Shown in pieces: positions 47,262 to 56,776 of a stretch of 64,000 nt of DNA. Position 1 is the first letter of the stretch. The number at the start of each line of letters is the position of its first letter. The notes under the pieces were generated by a model, which saw nothing but the letters and a program-made list of their open reading frames with translations, had not been told where the DNA came from and made no database searches. The position numbers and the translations under genes are program-made. The stretch spans positions 62,001 to 126,000 of the IMG/VR virus record IMGVR_UViG_3300021964_000012, one strand, 5' to 3'.

Positions 47262-48329
47262 TTACTCCTTATACTCTACTTCTAAATTTTGTTCACCAAT
47301 CAAATTAAACTTATCGCCACACATCACACCACAACGTTCTAGTTTGCTTCCGTTTGTCCAACTACGTTTTATGTTATCAAACCAAGGTCCTTCTACTATT
47401 TCTTGTAGTTTTCCATGAAACACATTTGTGCGTGGTAAACCTCCACTCTGTTGCATTAGTTTTTTTATTAAAATTTGATCAGCGGTACCGTCAACTTCTG
47501 GACCATATAGTCTGTCATGTAGCCAACCACACGGAAATACAAAGCCGTCAGCACCAATGTAAATCTCTTTGATATTTAACGCATTACAACTTATACACGC
47601 AGTTTTTACGTATTCACCGATGCTACCAGTTGGAAGTTTGTCATAGTTACTGTTGCGGTACTTTGGATCGCTTGGTGGATATATAATATAGTCTACTAAA
47701 TTTTTTTTATTGTAAACTGTTACTTTACTTTCGTACTCGTGTTTGCGATTCAAGAACCTACCAGTACGTTTTGCACTGAACTTTTTAAAACCCATTTTCT
47801 TACTTAATCGTTCTGCAGCATCTACTTGATCTTGATTGTGATCAAAAACAATGTAATCCCAATATGCAACACCACCGCCTGCAATAAAAGTACTAGCATT
47901 ATCCATTACTTTATCCCATAGTACATTTCTACGATATATGTGATTTGTATCTTCTAGTCCGTCAATACCAAATGCAATAAAATCTACATAAGGTGCTACT
48001 TCTACGTATGTTTTATTCTTGCCTATCCCGCCATTGGTATGGATACCAATTTTAACCTCTGGCAAGATAGATTTTATATGTTGCACTATCTGCGTGATAT
48101 AATAGTTGCTAAACGGATCACCGTATGTACCGCAAAAATACACTTGCTCTAAACTTGTAAATTGTTCTAAAGGAATACTTTCCTTGAACTCTGTAAGTGT
48201 CCAGTTCTTCAATGGAAGTGTTGTTAGTGTTTTGCCGCCAAAAAAATTACGTGGACATTGTGGACATGCCGCATTACATAAGTTTGTAATTTCAAGTTGT
48301 AAACTCTTTACATCAGAAAGTTTTATCAT
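47262..48329 (-). CDS. radical SAM protein with C-terminal SPASM/Twitch-like domain
   Basis: CNAACPQC, GTYGDP, HTNG, IDG, YR, C...VFPCGW...CGVMCG. Confidence 0.85.
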   Translation of the reverse strand: MIKLSDVKSLQLEITNLCNAACPQCPRNFFGGKTLTTLPLKNWTLTEFKESIPLEQFTSLEQVYFCGTYGDPFSNYYITQIVQHIKSILPEVKIGIHTNGGIGKNKTYVEVAPYVDFIAFGIDGLEDTNHIYRRNVLWDKVMDNASTFIAGGGVAYWDYIVFDHNQDQVDAAERLSKKMGFKKFSAKRTGRFLNRKHEYESKVTVYNKKNLVDYIIYPPSDPKYRNSNYDKLPTGSIGEYVKTACISCNALNIKEIYIGADGFVFPCGWLHDRLYGPEVDGTADQILIKKLMQQSGGLPRTNVFHGKLQEIVEGPWFDNIKRSWTNGSKLERCGVMCGDKFNLIGEQNLEVEYKE

Positions 48330-48871
48330 CTTATTACAGCAATTTGTGTATAACGTTTATCGATACAGTCTTTTACGACATCTACAACTCTTTCAATGGG
48401 CATTCCGCCTGACCAATTGTTCATTTTACTGTTAAACTTACCTACCTCAAACGTTGAAACAACGTTACGTGCTTCGTGTACTATTTTTCTGTTATATAAT
48501 TTACCAAACTTACTTAGACAGTTTTTGCTTAGGTTGTAGAAGAATTTATTATCTTTGATGCCTGGATAACTGCTCCAGTAAGAGCCTGTACTTGAAAAGT
48601 TAATAATGTGTGCACCTTGTAATTTTTTATAAAATAAATCAGTGATATAAACCATACTTGTAAAGTTTACGGTCAATTGATCCCAAGCATCATCAACCTG
48701 TGGCCCAAGTGCAAAAGTGTTTATAACAACATCTGGCGTAAAATCCTTTACAATCCGTTTACATTCATAACGGCTACTGAAATCATACTCAGGCTTTCCA
48801 ACTACAACGGTATCTGGTAAGGCACTTTCTAATTTCTTTGCTATTGTGCTTTTTCCTAGTATTAGTATCAT
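48326..48871 (-). CDS. short SDR-like oxidoreductase
   Basis: LILG..TIA, VVIN, INFSS, YNLSK. Confidence 0.65.
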   Translation of the reverse strand: MILILGKSTIAKKLESALPDTVVVGKPEYDFSSRYECKRIVKDFTPDVVINTFALGPQVDDAWDQLTVNFTSMVYITDLFYKKLQGAHIINFSSTGSYWSSYPGIKDNKFFYNLSKNCLSKFGKLYNRKIVHEARNVVSTFEVGKFNSKMNNWSGGMPIERVVDVVKDCIDKRYTQIAVIR

Positions 48872-49938
48872 GATAGCTCTGCAATAACTTTATTTGCACT
48901 TTGTTCGTTTGCTTTTTTACAAAGGTTGCCAAAGTCTTCGCTGATGATATATTCACGATTATGTTCGCTCGATTCCTTTGTATAATGCAATAATTCATCA
49001 ATGGTATAAATGTTTATAGTTTTACAAAGCTCAACAATTTTTTCAAGTCGACTTAGGTTACCAGGATCACGATCAAAGGACAAGTCTAAAGGACCGTAAT
49101 CAAACATAAAGCCAAGTTGTTGCAATTGATTGTACACATCAAATTGACTAACAGGAATAAAAGCAGTTTCTCCTAATAAACATTTTAGTGTCTTTTCACT
49201 AAGGTGTGGCCCTGCCCTAGTGTATTTTCCATAATCATCTATCATGTAACTGTAGTGATAGCTCTCTAAACAGAAATGCAGTGCCGCATCTGTTAATGCT
49301 ATGCTAAATGGATTACTGTTATATCTTTGTTTGTTGATAGAAAAATTATCAAGTAAAATTGTATTACCTTCGTACTTTTGTCTAAAAATTTCAGTCAGTT
49401 CATCTAGTATAGGATAACCAGTTTCCTGATACCAGTTTACATTCTTTGGTTCAATCCAATTGTTTAGTTTTACAAGACTGTTATCTTCAATTAATTCCAT
49501 AATAGCAGTAAAAATAATTAATTTGCTTTGGGTGACTCTATTATTAATAGCACTCACTTTATACTTTTGTTGCTTCTCTGGCATCGTAGGAAAAAGTTCA
49601 TTTATTTGTTGTAATTGATAGTGCCAACTATGAAAGGTATAAAAGTCTACATTTGGTAGTTGATCAAAATTATCGTAAGGCAGACCATCATTGATTATAA
49701 TTATACGACCGTCGATGTTTTTTGCTTGCTCTCTAATCCATTCCCAATGGAATCGTTCCATATGATAAGACAGTATGTAATTATCATAACCTTTAGGCAA
49801 ATCAGGATCAAATCCTCGCAACCATAAGCCAAAGAAGTTATTGCCCGGAAGATCATGCAACCAATCTAGTTCATTCCATGCTAACCTATCAGGAAGAGTG
49901 CCAAAAATTCGAGGTGGTGCAAGATCGTCGTTAATCAT
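48868..49938 (-). CDS. exostosin/GT10-like putative glycosyltransferase (TEKT family)
   Basis: NNR, LES, LSEKTLK, LGF.F....SFD. Confidence 0.5.
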   Translation of the reverse strand: MINDDLAPPRIFGTLPDRLAWNELDWLHDLPGNNFFGLWLRGFDPDLPKGYDNYILSYHMERFHWEWIREQAKNIDGRIIIINDGLPYDNFDQLPNVDFYTFHSWHYQLQQINELFPTMPEKQQKYKVSAINNRVTQSKLIIFTAIMELIEDNSLVKLNNWIEPKNVNWYQETGYPILDELTEIFRQKYEGNTILLDNFSINKQRYNSNPFSIALTDAALHFCLESYHYSYMIDDYGKYTRAGPHLSEKTLKCLLGETAFIPVSQFDVYNQLQQLGFMFDYGPLDLSFDRDPGNLSRLEKIVELCKTINIYTIDELLHYTKESSEHNREYIISEDFGNLCKKANEQSANKVIAELS

Positions 49939-49943
49939 ATTGA

Positions 49944-49950
49944 TACTTAT
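49944..49950 (-). promoter_or_regulatory. putative late promoter ATAAGTA
   Basis: 5 nt upstream of the ATG at 49938; no SD. Confidence 0.45.
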
Positions 49951-49962
49951 GGAACGTTATTA

Positions 49963-50057
49963 TGGCACTTTAAAAACCGGGGTAGCGATATCTCGGTTCT
50001 AGGGCAGGTCCCTCCCTAGCCTTTTGGATCGGTCCTAAGGCTATCCTATGCAAGTGC
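49963..50057 (-). ncRNA. candidate multi-hairpin structured RNA
   Basis: Three adjacent stems (49975-49998, 49999-50019, 50017-50043) closable by GCACTT/AAGTGC. Confidence 0.45.
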
Positions 50058-50148
50058 TTAAAAACTGTAGCATTTGACTGTTACGTGCCACATAAGGCAA
50101 CGACAGTACAGTAAGTATGCCCAACACATACCACATTGCATAAATCAT
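50041..50148 (-). CDS. 35-aa membrane peptide
   Basis: MIYAMWYVLGILTVLSLPYVARNSQMLQFLSTCIG; ATGA overlap with the upstream stop. Confidence 0.5.
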   Translation of the reverse strand: MIYAMWYVLGILTVLSLPYVARNSQMLQFLSTCIG

Positions 50149-50906
50149 TGTTGATACTCCATTGTAACATGCCATGCTGTTCCATCACGAAATTCATCTC
50201 TAGAAAACTGACTGTGAGCAATATGTTCTAGCATTTCTTGCCTATCAAAGTTGGTTTTATTTTGCCACAGTTGCACTGCACTTTCTCCTAGTATTTCTAC
50301 AGGCTTGCCCAAGCAAAGAGCTTCCACTGCCGCCATACTATGATGCGTAATAACTTTTTTAGATTTTCGTATCAACGGCAAAATATCTTTGTACCTTTGT
50401 TGTCTACTTGCTCTTCCGACTGGTTTGTCTCTAACCAAACAGTATATATCCAAATTATGATAGTGTTCTAAAGTTTCTTGTCTCCAGGTTTCATAATCTT
50501 TGCCAAACCAGGAGAACAACTTGTTTGGTAAAGGCATTACCAATAGATTATAATCACCATCTGTATTCCAATCTTCGTATCTATCATCTAGTTCAAGTGT
50601 GTGTATTCTACTTTTACCAAACTGACCTAGCCTTGTGTTCTGCAGACTGTTACGACTAATACGATAGTACCATGGTTTTTTATAGTTGTGATTGCCAATA
50701 TAGCCATTGTCGATATAAAAAAAGTCTAAATTGTATTTGCGTATTGATTCTTGCAGGTATATTTCAAATGGGGCACTAGTAATTAGAACACGATCAGGAT
50801 CAATGTCATCAGCACTGCTGACGATTTTACAATCATAATTTTTGATTAGATACGGAAAAAGTTGCTCACGTATGCGTAAAGATTCACTTGGTATCTGTAT
50901 TTTCAT
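50145..50906 (-). CDS. capsular-polysaccharide-type (KpsS/KpsC-like) GT-B protein
   Basis: YIDNGY, VRDKP, ITHHSMAAVEALCLGKPV. Confidence 0.55.
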   Translation of the reverse strand: MKIQIPSESLRIREQLFPYLIKNYDCKIVSSADDIDPDRVLITSAPFEIYLQESIRKYNLDFFYIDNGYIGNHNYKKPWYYRISRNSLQNTRLGQFGKSRIHTLELDDRYEDWNTDGDYNLLVMPLPNKLFSWFGKDYETWRQETLEHYHNLDIYCLVRDKPVGRASRQQRYKDILPLIRKSKKVITHHSMAAVEALCLGKPVEILGESAVQLWQNKTNFDRQEMLEHIAHSQFSRDEFRDGTAWHVTMEYQQ

Positions 50907-51612
50907 TATCTATGTGTTGTATGTGTTGTTCAAGGTTTCGTGTTAACGATAGAGTCTTCATAGCATTTTGTTCAATATACTCTGGATGTATTCGAACAAT
51001 ACTGGGTTTGATGTGTTGTATGTCTGTGAATTCAGTTGTATGTAGCATGTGATCAGCTGGTCTATAACCATGCATTCTTGTTTGTCCAACTAGATGAAGA
51101 GCTGCGTGCGGTTTAACAATATACCCATAGCCGCCCATTGAATAGAGTCCTTGACTATGAACAAACTTTCCATGATCTTCTCTGTCATGTAGACTCCATA
51201 TTTCCTCTTCTACATATTCTTGTTCTTTAATATGCATATTATACATTTTACTGTATGGATTAAGATAGTCTAATTTTAGAATATCTGTGAATCTATCCAT
51301 AATATCTTCAGGGAGTGGTCGTAGCATATAAGCATCATGTTCTAAAATCATAAAAGGTTCATCTGCCTCTACACATTCACACCAAAGAAAATAATGACTC
51401 AAAAAACATCCAAGTACACCAAGTCTTCCACCTTTCATTTTAAACTTGTACTGTCTTAGTCCAAGCTCTTCAAGGATTGCCGGAGCATCAGCACCATGTA
51501 CTGCTGAAAAAATTTCTGGACTGATGCCAACCTCTTTAGCTCTTTTAATACATTTTTGTCCCATAGTGGCACTATGTTTATTTGATTCTAAAACAATAAT
51601 CTTAGTTTTCAT
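50884..51612 (-). CDS. GT25-family glycosyltransferase
   Basis: FSAVHG, GCFLSHY.LW, ILEHDA, GYIVKP.AA, PAD. Confidence 0.8.
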   Translation of the reverse strand: MKTKIIVLESNKHSATMGQKCIKRAKEVGISPEIFSAVHGADAPAILEELGLRQYKFKMKGGRLGVLGCFLSHYFLWCECVEADEPFMILEHDAYMLRPLPEDIMDRFTDILKLDYLNPYSKMYNMHIKEQEYVEEEIWSLHDREDHGKFVHSQGLYSMGGYGYIVKPHAALHLVGQTRMHGYRPADHMLHTTEFTDIQHIKPSIVRIHPEYIEQNAMKTLSLTRNLEQHIQHIDNENTDTK

Positions 51613-52312
51613 TGATTGTACTTCTCCAGCGTTCTATCCACTGTTGCTTTAGTTCATTTACTTCAGCGGTTTTGTAGGCACGTTTGGTTGACTTCTTAGT
51701 ACGTGATGTTTCTTGATATATTTCATCGTTGTTGTTGCCAGTAAATTGGAAATGATCATGAAACAGTTTACTTGAGATGCGTTTGTACGCACCAAGGTCA
51801 TAGGTAATATCTTGCACCCATTGATCAACAGGATTAATACCTATCATGTCAAAAGTATCAATCCATAATCGAGGTAAGCAAGGAAACAGTGTACTATCAG
51901 GACGCTTGCCGTTGGACTCCATGCTTATCAGCGAGTTGTAGTCACGATGCTTGTAGATTTCATCATCCCATCCTTGGTCACGCATGTACACATCATCATT
52001 CCATACAAGATACCATTCACTGTCTATGGATCTTGCCATATGATTGTAGTATTCGTGTAAGCCACTCCATCCTGTGCGTTCCATTTTGTGTACTGATTGC
52101 GTTGCACCAGTTTGTTCAACCAGCATTTTCCAGCGATTGCTATTAAAGTAATCGTCGCTTTCAGTATCATCATCGTCATAGGCTACTGCAATATGCAGTC
52201 TCTGGGGATTGTTTGCAAATTCCAACAGGCCTTTCACACTCTTTTCTGCAAGCATGGTACGCATGCGAGTAGGTAACAGAACTGTTAAAAAAGGTTTACT
52301 TAGGTCGTTCAC
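51602..52312 (-). CDS. GT-A (GT2-like) glycosyltransferase
   Basis: LPTRMR, YDDDD, WNDD, HDHFQFTGNNND. GTG start inferred because an upstream small ORF occupies 52296..52460. Confidence 0.7.
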   Translation of the reverse strand: MNDLSKPFLTVLLPTRMRTMLAEKSVKGLLEFANNPQRLHIAVAYDDDDTESDDYFNSNRWKMLVEQTGATQSVHKMERTGWSGLHEYYNHMARSIDSEWYLVWNDDVYMRDQGWDDEIYKHRDYNSLISMESNGKRPDSTLFPCLPRLWIDTFDMIGINPVDQWVQDITYDLGAYKRISSKLFHDHFQFTGNNNDEIYQETSRTKKSTKRAYKTAEVNELKQQWIERWRSTINEN

Positions 52313-52460
52313 ACTTTTCACATCTGCAATGATCACACGCCTTGTAAATATTGTTACCATCTTGTGGATAGCCTTTGTTCTCTTTCCACAATGGTTCACC
52401 ACAATGACTGTAGTGTCCGCAATTTTTACAATTTGTTGGTTGATAGTCTAGTATGCTCAT
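52296..52460 (-). CDS. 54-aa Cys/His-rich metal-binding protein
   Basis: MSILDYQPTNCKNCGHYSHCG...KACDHCRCEKCERPK (hand translation). Confidence 0.65.
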   Translation of the reverse strand: MSILDYQPTNCKNCGHYSHCGEPLWKENKGYPQDGNNIYKACDHCRCEKCERPK

Positions 52461-52464
52461 ACAT

Positions 52465-52704
52465 TTAATTATCTTGGTACATACGACGACGCATTTCTTT
52501 TATACTTTCTGTATGAAAGCATCTAATTAAAGTTTTTTCTATGTTTGGATAGCGTTCAAGCAATTGTTTATTAAGTAACTCGTCATTTGCTTTGCGATAG
52601 GTTTTACATTCATCAAAAGTCGCAAAACGCAGACCAGCATGTATTTTTAAATCAGGGGATGCTGAATTGCTATAGGTCACTAATGCAACTAATAACCAAT
52701 TCAT
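52465..52704 (-). CDS. small secreted hypothetical protein
   Basis: MNWLLVALV...F.TFDEC...C. Confidence 0.6.
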   Translation of the reverse strand: MNWLLVALVTYSNSASPDLKIHAGLRFATFDECKTYRKANDELLNKQLLERYPNIEKTLIRCFHTESIKEMRRRMYQDN

Positions 52705-53087
52705 TTTGTTTTGACGTTTTTAGCCTTACCACGTCTATTTTTGTCTGGGTCTTGTTTACGTTTACGGTTGGCAGCAGTCTTACGACCTTTTTTGCCTAGT
52801 GCGTGTGCTTTCTTTTGTGGTAGACATTTTGGCTTGCCTTCTGACTTACTGCCCCTAGCACAGTCGCCACGTATTTTTCCATCTGGACCAAAACGCACCC
52901 ATTTTTCTTTAAACCATTTTTTTAGATCTTCATCGAGGTTTTCAGCAAATATTAGTTGTCCATCTGCTCCAAGTTGCACATCTTCTTTCTTGACACAGTT
53001 GGGTACACGTTTGCCGAACATGGTCTTCATGCCCTTCTTTTCGTAACCGTCCCAACATTTTTCGCCGAGTATTTCTTCTATAAGCAT
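52701..53087 (-). CDS. probable capsid-internal modular basic protein
   Basis: Start MLIEEILGE; modules KCWDGY...VPNCVK and DLKKWFKEKWV...KPKCLP. Confidence 0.65.
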   Translation of the reverse strand: MLIEEILGEKCWDGYEKKGMKTMFGKRVPNCVKKEDVQLGADGQLIFAENLDEDLKKWFKEKWVRFGPDGKIRGDCARGSKSEGKPKCLPQKKAHALGKKGRKTAANRKRKQDPDKNRRGKAKNVKTK

Positions 53088-53088
53088 A

Positions 53089-53787
53089 TTACTTCTTCTT
53101 TGAATTGCCCCAGTTTGCGGCACCTTTTTTACGGCATTGTACAAGAGCTCCACTTGCGTATGCACTTGGCCATACTTTGTAACGTGACTTTACTTTATGA
53201 TAGCATGCATCTTTTTCGCCAGCAGCTTCATCAAATTGTTCTTCAGTTATTAATGAAGCACTTTCGTTAAGTCCGTCAACTTTGGCTTTCATTTGATTTA
53301 GAAGTAGTTTTAAGCTATCAACTTCTTGTTGCAGTTTAGCAATATCTCTCTGATCTTCGTCGTTGCTTAGGTTTTTCTTTGCTTTGTCCAAAGATAGTAA
53401 TACTGCTTCGAAGTCATTCTTTGCAGTTGGATTGTTTGCTCTAATTAGATTTAGTATGCGTTGTGATCTTTTGTTAGTTGTAGGAAGATCTGAATCAACG
53501 TCTTCGTTTTTCTTGGCTGTTTTTGCCGCATACTTGCGTTTTTCATATTCACTTGGAACATCACTTATGCGTAGATTTTTTAATTTAGGATCAGGCTTGT
53601 ATGTTGCTTTTTCTTCTACATAGTCTTCGTTCTTGGCTTGCTTGGTTGCTACCGCATGCATTACTGATTCAGCATCTTTGCCATAGCGATCAACAAAGTC
53701 ACCTTTTACTTTTTTAAGTTTCTTGAATTTGGCTTCTTTGCTACGCTTTTCGCCACCAGTAAGTTTTCTTTCTTCAATATCAGACAT
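53089..53787 (-). CDS. probable capsid-internal modular protein
   Basis: Basic modules separated by xxE sites; C-terminal KDACYHKVKSRYKVWPSAYASGALVQCRK. Confidence 0.65.
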   Translation of the reverse strand: MSDIEERKLTGGEKRSKEAKFKKLKKVKGDFVDRYGKDAESVMHAVATKQAKNEDYVEEKATYKPDPKLKNLRISDVPSEYEKRKYAAKTAKKNEDVDSDLPTTNKRSQRILNLIRANNPTAKNDFEAVLLSLDKAKKNLSNDEDQRDIAKLQQEVDSLKLLLNQMKAKVDGLNESASLITEEQFDEAAGEKDACYHKVKSRYKVWPSAYASGALVQCRKKGAANWGNSKKK

Positions 53788-53790
53788 TGT

Positions 53791-55347
53791 TTACTTCTTC
53801 ATGCGTGATTTAAATTTGTAATCTTTTACTATCTTACGTATATCGTCTGTGTTTGTTGTACCTTTATTTGCAAACATACCAACAATAGCATCCATGCTTT
53901 TACCATCATCTACTGCTTTATGTATCTTGTTCATTGATAACTTGCCTTCGCCTAAAGGTTTACCAAAAACTTTTCTATATGCGTACTTGCGTGCATCTTC
54001 TGGTGAAAGGCCTTGCTTTTCAAACTTTTTTGTATGCTTGTCTACCATGTGTTGATCATATGCATCGCCAGTTCTTTGCTTGAGCCTTTTTTCGTCTTTG
54101 CTTGGTGTAAACAAGTCAGATATTACACCTTCATTTCTCATAGTGTATGCTGGTGAAGTTTTCTTTAAGGTCTCAACTTCTTGTTGTAGTTTTTTGTAGT
54201 ACTTTGTAGAAATCATATCACGTAGTTTTTGTTGTTCTGGCATAATACTGCCTTGAGCACTGTGCATTCCGTTAATACCACGTATTACCATCGATTCTGG
54301 ACCAGTTCCGTAAAGATTAACAAGCATCTCTGCTACTTCACCGTGTTGGTTTTGATCTTCAAGTTCCATTACTTTGTCATAAAACTTTTTAAGGTCATAA
54401 TCAAATTCACTTGTTGGAATCGCAGCTTCAACCATTTTGAATGTAGCACTGCTAGTGGCCATTTTTATAAAATCTTTAATTTTACCTGCAGGGCCAGACA
54501 CTTTTATACTGTTACTGCCTGCTGGTTTTGCATTAAACTTTATGCCTTTGAAACTTGGACTTCTATGTGCGTTGTTCATTGTTGCTGCAACAGATTGAGG
54601 GTCATCTATGTTTCCAACTATCATGGTTACATTTTTAGAATCAGTCTTCATTTGTCTTGCAGCCAGTGAGCGGTCGCCGAAACTGGATTCCCCAACACCT
54701 TCACGTTGATCATTCATATGATCTCTTGGATCTTCTGGTATTATGCTATAAGCTCTACGTATTGCACCAGACATTTTTGTGTTAGCATTGAACATTGTAG
54801 TTATTTGATCTGTTAAATCACCGTTGTCGAGGTCGGCTAATTTGATAATCTCGTTTTCGAGCATACGTCTTGATTCACTTAATTCTCTTAACTGTGCTTT
54901 AGCTTTGTAAGCACTATAAGGTTTACCCTTCACAGTTGTTTCTGCTTCTTTGACATCAACTTTCACTGTGCCTTCTTTGTCGACCATCTTCTGTCCAAAA
55001 GCCATCATTTTCATAAGGCTGTCTTTTGTTATCTTGATAGGATTTTTATTGTCCTGTGGCATGTCTGGATCAGGAGCATATCTACCTTCACCGTTTACAA
55101 TGTCCAAAAGTTCCTGCATGTTCTTTGCACCAAAAGCAGTACCATATTCTGGTAAGTGTGTTGCTACTCTTGACAGTGCAATTTGTAGATTCTCATCTGA
55201 GGTGGTCTCTGCTTTATCCATTAGTTTAACTGCAATGGCAGCCAGTCTTGCCTGTGCTGGATTGGTTTCATAGTTAGGTTCTGCTTCCTGCACATGCACT
55301 TCGCTAATTTTCATTTTTTCTTCCTCAAATAGATGTAGTAGTCTCAT
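53791..55347 (-). CDS. probable capsid-internal modular protein
   Basis: MRLLHLFE / MKISEVHVQE leaders; repeated VKE, LSE, VGE, MVE, RNE, LGE junctions. Confidence 0.6.
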   Translation of the reverse strand: MRLLHLFEEEKMKISEVHVQEAEPNYETNPAQARLAAIAVKLMDKAETTSDENLQIALSRVATHLPEYGTAFGAKNMQELLDIVNGEGRYAPDPDMPQDNKNPIKITKDSLMKMMAFGQKMVDKEGTVKVDVKEAETTVKGKPYSAYKAKAQLRELSESRRMLENEIIKLADLDNGDLTDQITTMFNANTKMSGAIRRAYSIIPEDPRDHMNDQREGVGESSFGDRSLAARQMKTDSKNVTMIVGNIDDPQSVAATMNNAHRSPSFKGIKFNAKPAGSNSIKVSGPAGKIKDFIKMATSSATFKMVEAAIPTSEFDYDLKKFYDKVMELEDQNQHGEVAEMLVNLYGTGPESMVIRGINGMHSAQGSIMPEQQKLRDMISTKYYKKLQQEVETLKKTSPAYTMRNEGVISDLFTPSKDEKRLKQRTGDAYDQHMVDKHTKKFEKQGLSPEDARKYAYRKVFGKPLGEGKLSMNKIHKAVDDGKSMDAIVGMFANKGTTNTDDIRKIVKDYKFKSRMKK

Positions 55348-56282
55348 TTTTCGCTCGCATAGTCTCTTGATCTTTGTACAAAGGTTTCACATGCCATTAC
55401 TGCATCTTGAAGTTTGCCAAAGGATTTTTTGGATTCTTTTCCGTTTACTTTTACTCTGTAGCCGTCATCTTCTGAACCATATACTTTAAGTTCTTTGCCA
55501 TCGTCTGTGGTAAAAGTCTTAACAGGTTCTGCTAACATTTCTTCGTTTTTCTTTTTTTCAATGTCGCCAAGATAGTCCATGATTGATTTTTTATCGCCGA
55601 TACTATCCTCAGGTAACTCTGCTTTTTTACTAGCAGGGTTAATTGGTCCGCTTAGTGTTTGATCTGTGTCTGGCGAAACGCCGTCCCATGATTCTTCATC
55701 TCCTGGATTTGGTCCTTCGCCTAGTTCCTGCTTCATGTAGTCTCTGGATATATCAAGATAGTCAAGTGCTTTGATAATTTTACCTTGCACCCATTCTGGC
55801 AAGTTTTCATCATCGTCTAAGATGCCTTGTAGTTCTAGTGCTGCATCTGCTGCTCGTGCAAGTTGATCTTTGGCCATTGCACCTTCTTCGTCATACTCAC
55901 CTTTGTCCTTGATATCTACTTCTTCTGCATCGTTTGCATAGGCAGAAATATCAATTGTTTCTGCGTCTTCACCAACAAGATATCCTTTAGTCGGGTTTTT
56001 CTCTTTGTTGCTTCCTACAACTGGACTTACTTCTGGCATCTTGTAATCAGCCGGAAGTTGCTTTGGCTTATAGCCTTTTTCAAATTCTTTAGTGCTGACA
56101 GTCTTAGCACTTTCAAATGGAATGTCACGGTATAGGTTTTCTAGAATGCTGGTCATATCATTGGCCTTCATACCTTCTTTGATATGATTGACCTTTGATT
56201 TAAATTGACGCTCATGAGGCTTTCTGGCTTCATCAATTTGATTAAGTTTACTTACTAGGTTTGCAAAACTGTTATCGTCCAT
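55344..56282 (-). CDS. probable head/scaffold-associated protein
   Basis: EYDEEGAMAKDQL...DDENLPEWVQGKI...DYL module; Glu-site junctions. Confidence 0.6.
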   Translation of the reverse strand: MDDNSFANLVSKLNQIDEARKPHERQFKSKVNHIKEGMKANDMTSILENLYRDIPFESAKTVSTKEFEKGYKPKQLPADYKMPEVSPVVGSNKEKNPTKGYLVGEDAETIDISAYANDAEEVDIKDKGEYDEEGAMAKDQLARAADAALELQGILDDDENLPEWVQGKIIKALDYLDISRDYMKQELGEGPNPGDEESWDGVSPDTDQTLSGPINPASKKAELPEDSIGDKKSIMDYLGDIEKKKNEEMLAEPVKTFTTDDGKELKVYGSEDDGYRVKVNGKESKKSFGKLQDAVMACETFVQRSRDYASEK

Positions 56283-56725
56283 TACTCTCTACTCTCTTTT
56301 AAAAAACTTTTTAACATCCATCCATGTTTAGCATGAGCGTCTAATCGCTCAGCAATAAAATTTTCTATTCCTCTATTCTTTTCTGCACCTGCAGATTGAA
56401 ACGATTGTTCTAGTATGCTTTCTAACGCACGATTATCATCAAGTAGTTCTTGCATCATGATTGATGCTCTTGGCACTTTTGTCTGTCCTTGTATTACACT
56501 TAGTTCAGAGAATCTTTCAAACGATCCTGGAGTGTAAGTATCTAATGTTCTGATATATTCTGCGATCTGATCAATGGCATTTTCATTTAATTCTTCATAT
56601 AGATTAGCAAAAAATTCGTGATACTGTGCAAAGTTTGATCCTTCAACATTCCAATGAAAGTATTGAGCTTTTATTGCGAAAGCATAGGTGCTTGCCAACA
56701 GTGTCTTTAAATCGTCAGATAACAT
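56282..56725 (-). CDS. dps: Dps-family DNA-protecting ferritin
   Basis: HWNVEG.NF...HEFF..LYEE...D.IAE.IR...H.K..WML; ATAAATA at 56747-56753. Confidence 0.92.
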   Translation of the reverse strand: MLSDDLKTLLASTYAFAIKAQYFHWNVEGSNFAQYHEFFANLYEELNENAIDQIAEYIRTLDTYTPGSFERFSELSVIQGQTKVPRASIMMQELLDDNRALESILEQSFQSAGAEKNRGIENFIAERLDAHAKHGWMLKSFLKESRE

Positions 56726-56776
56726 TTTTAATTCCTTTATTAAGAGTATTTATCTGAAAGAAACAATAAGGGGTTG

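Noticed and set aside
49963-50057. tRNA or tRNA-like gene (ends ...GUGCCA)
   Set aside because: No T-loop GTTC, no D-loop and no 7-bp acceptor stem.
50058-50141. 27-aa Cys-rich ORF (MQCGMCW...) as a RiPP precursor for the nearby radical SAM
   Set aside because: It overlaps, out of frame, a better-supported translationally coupled 35-aa ORF and has no RBS.
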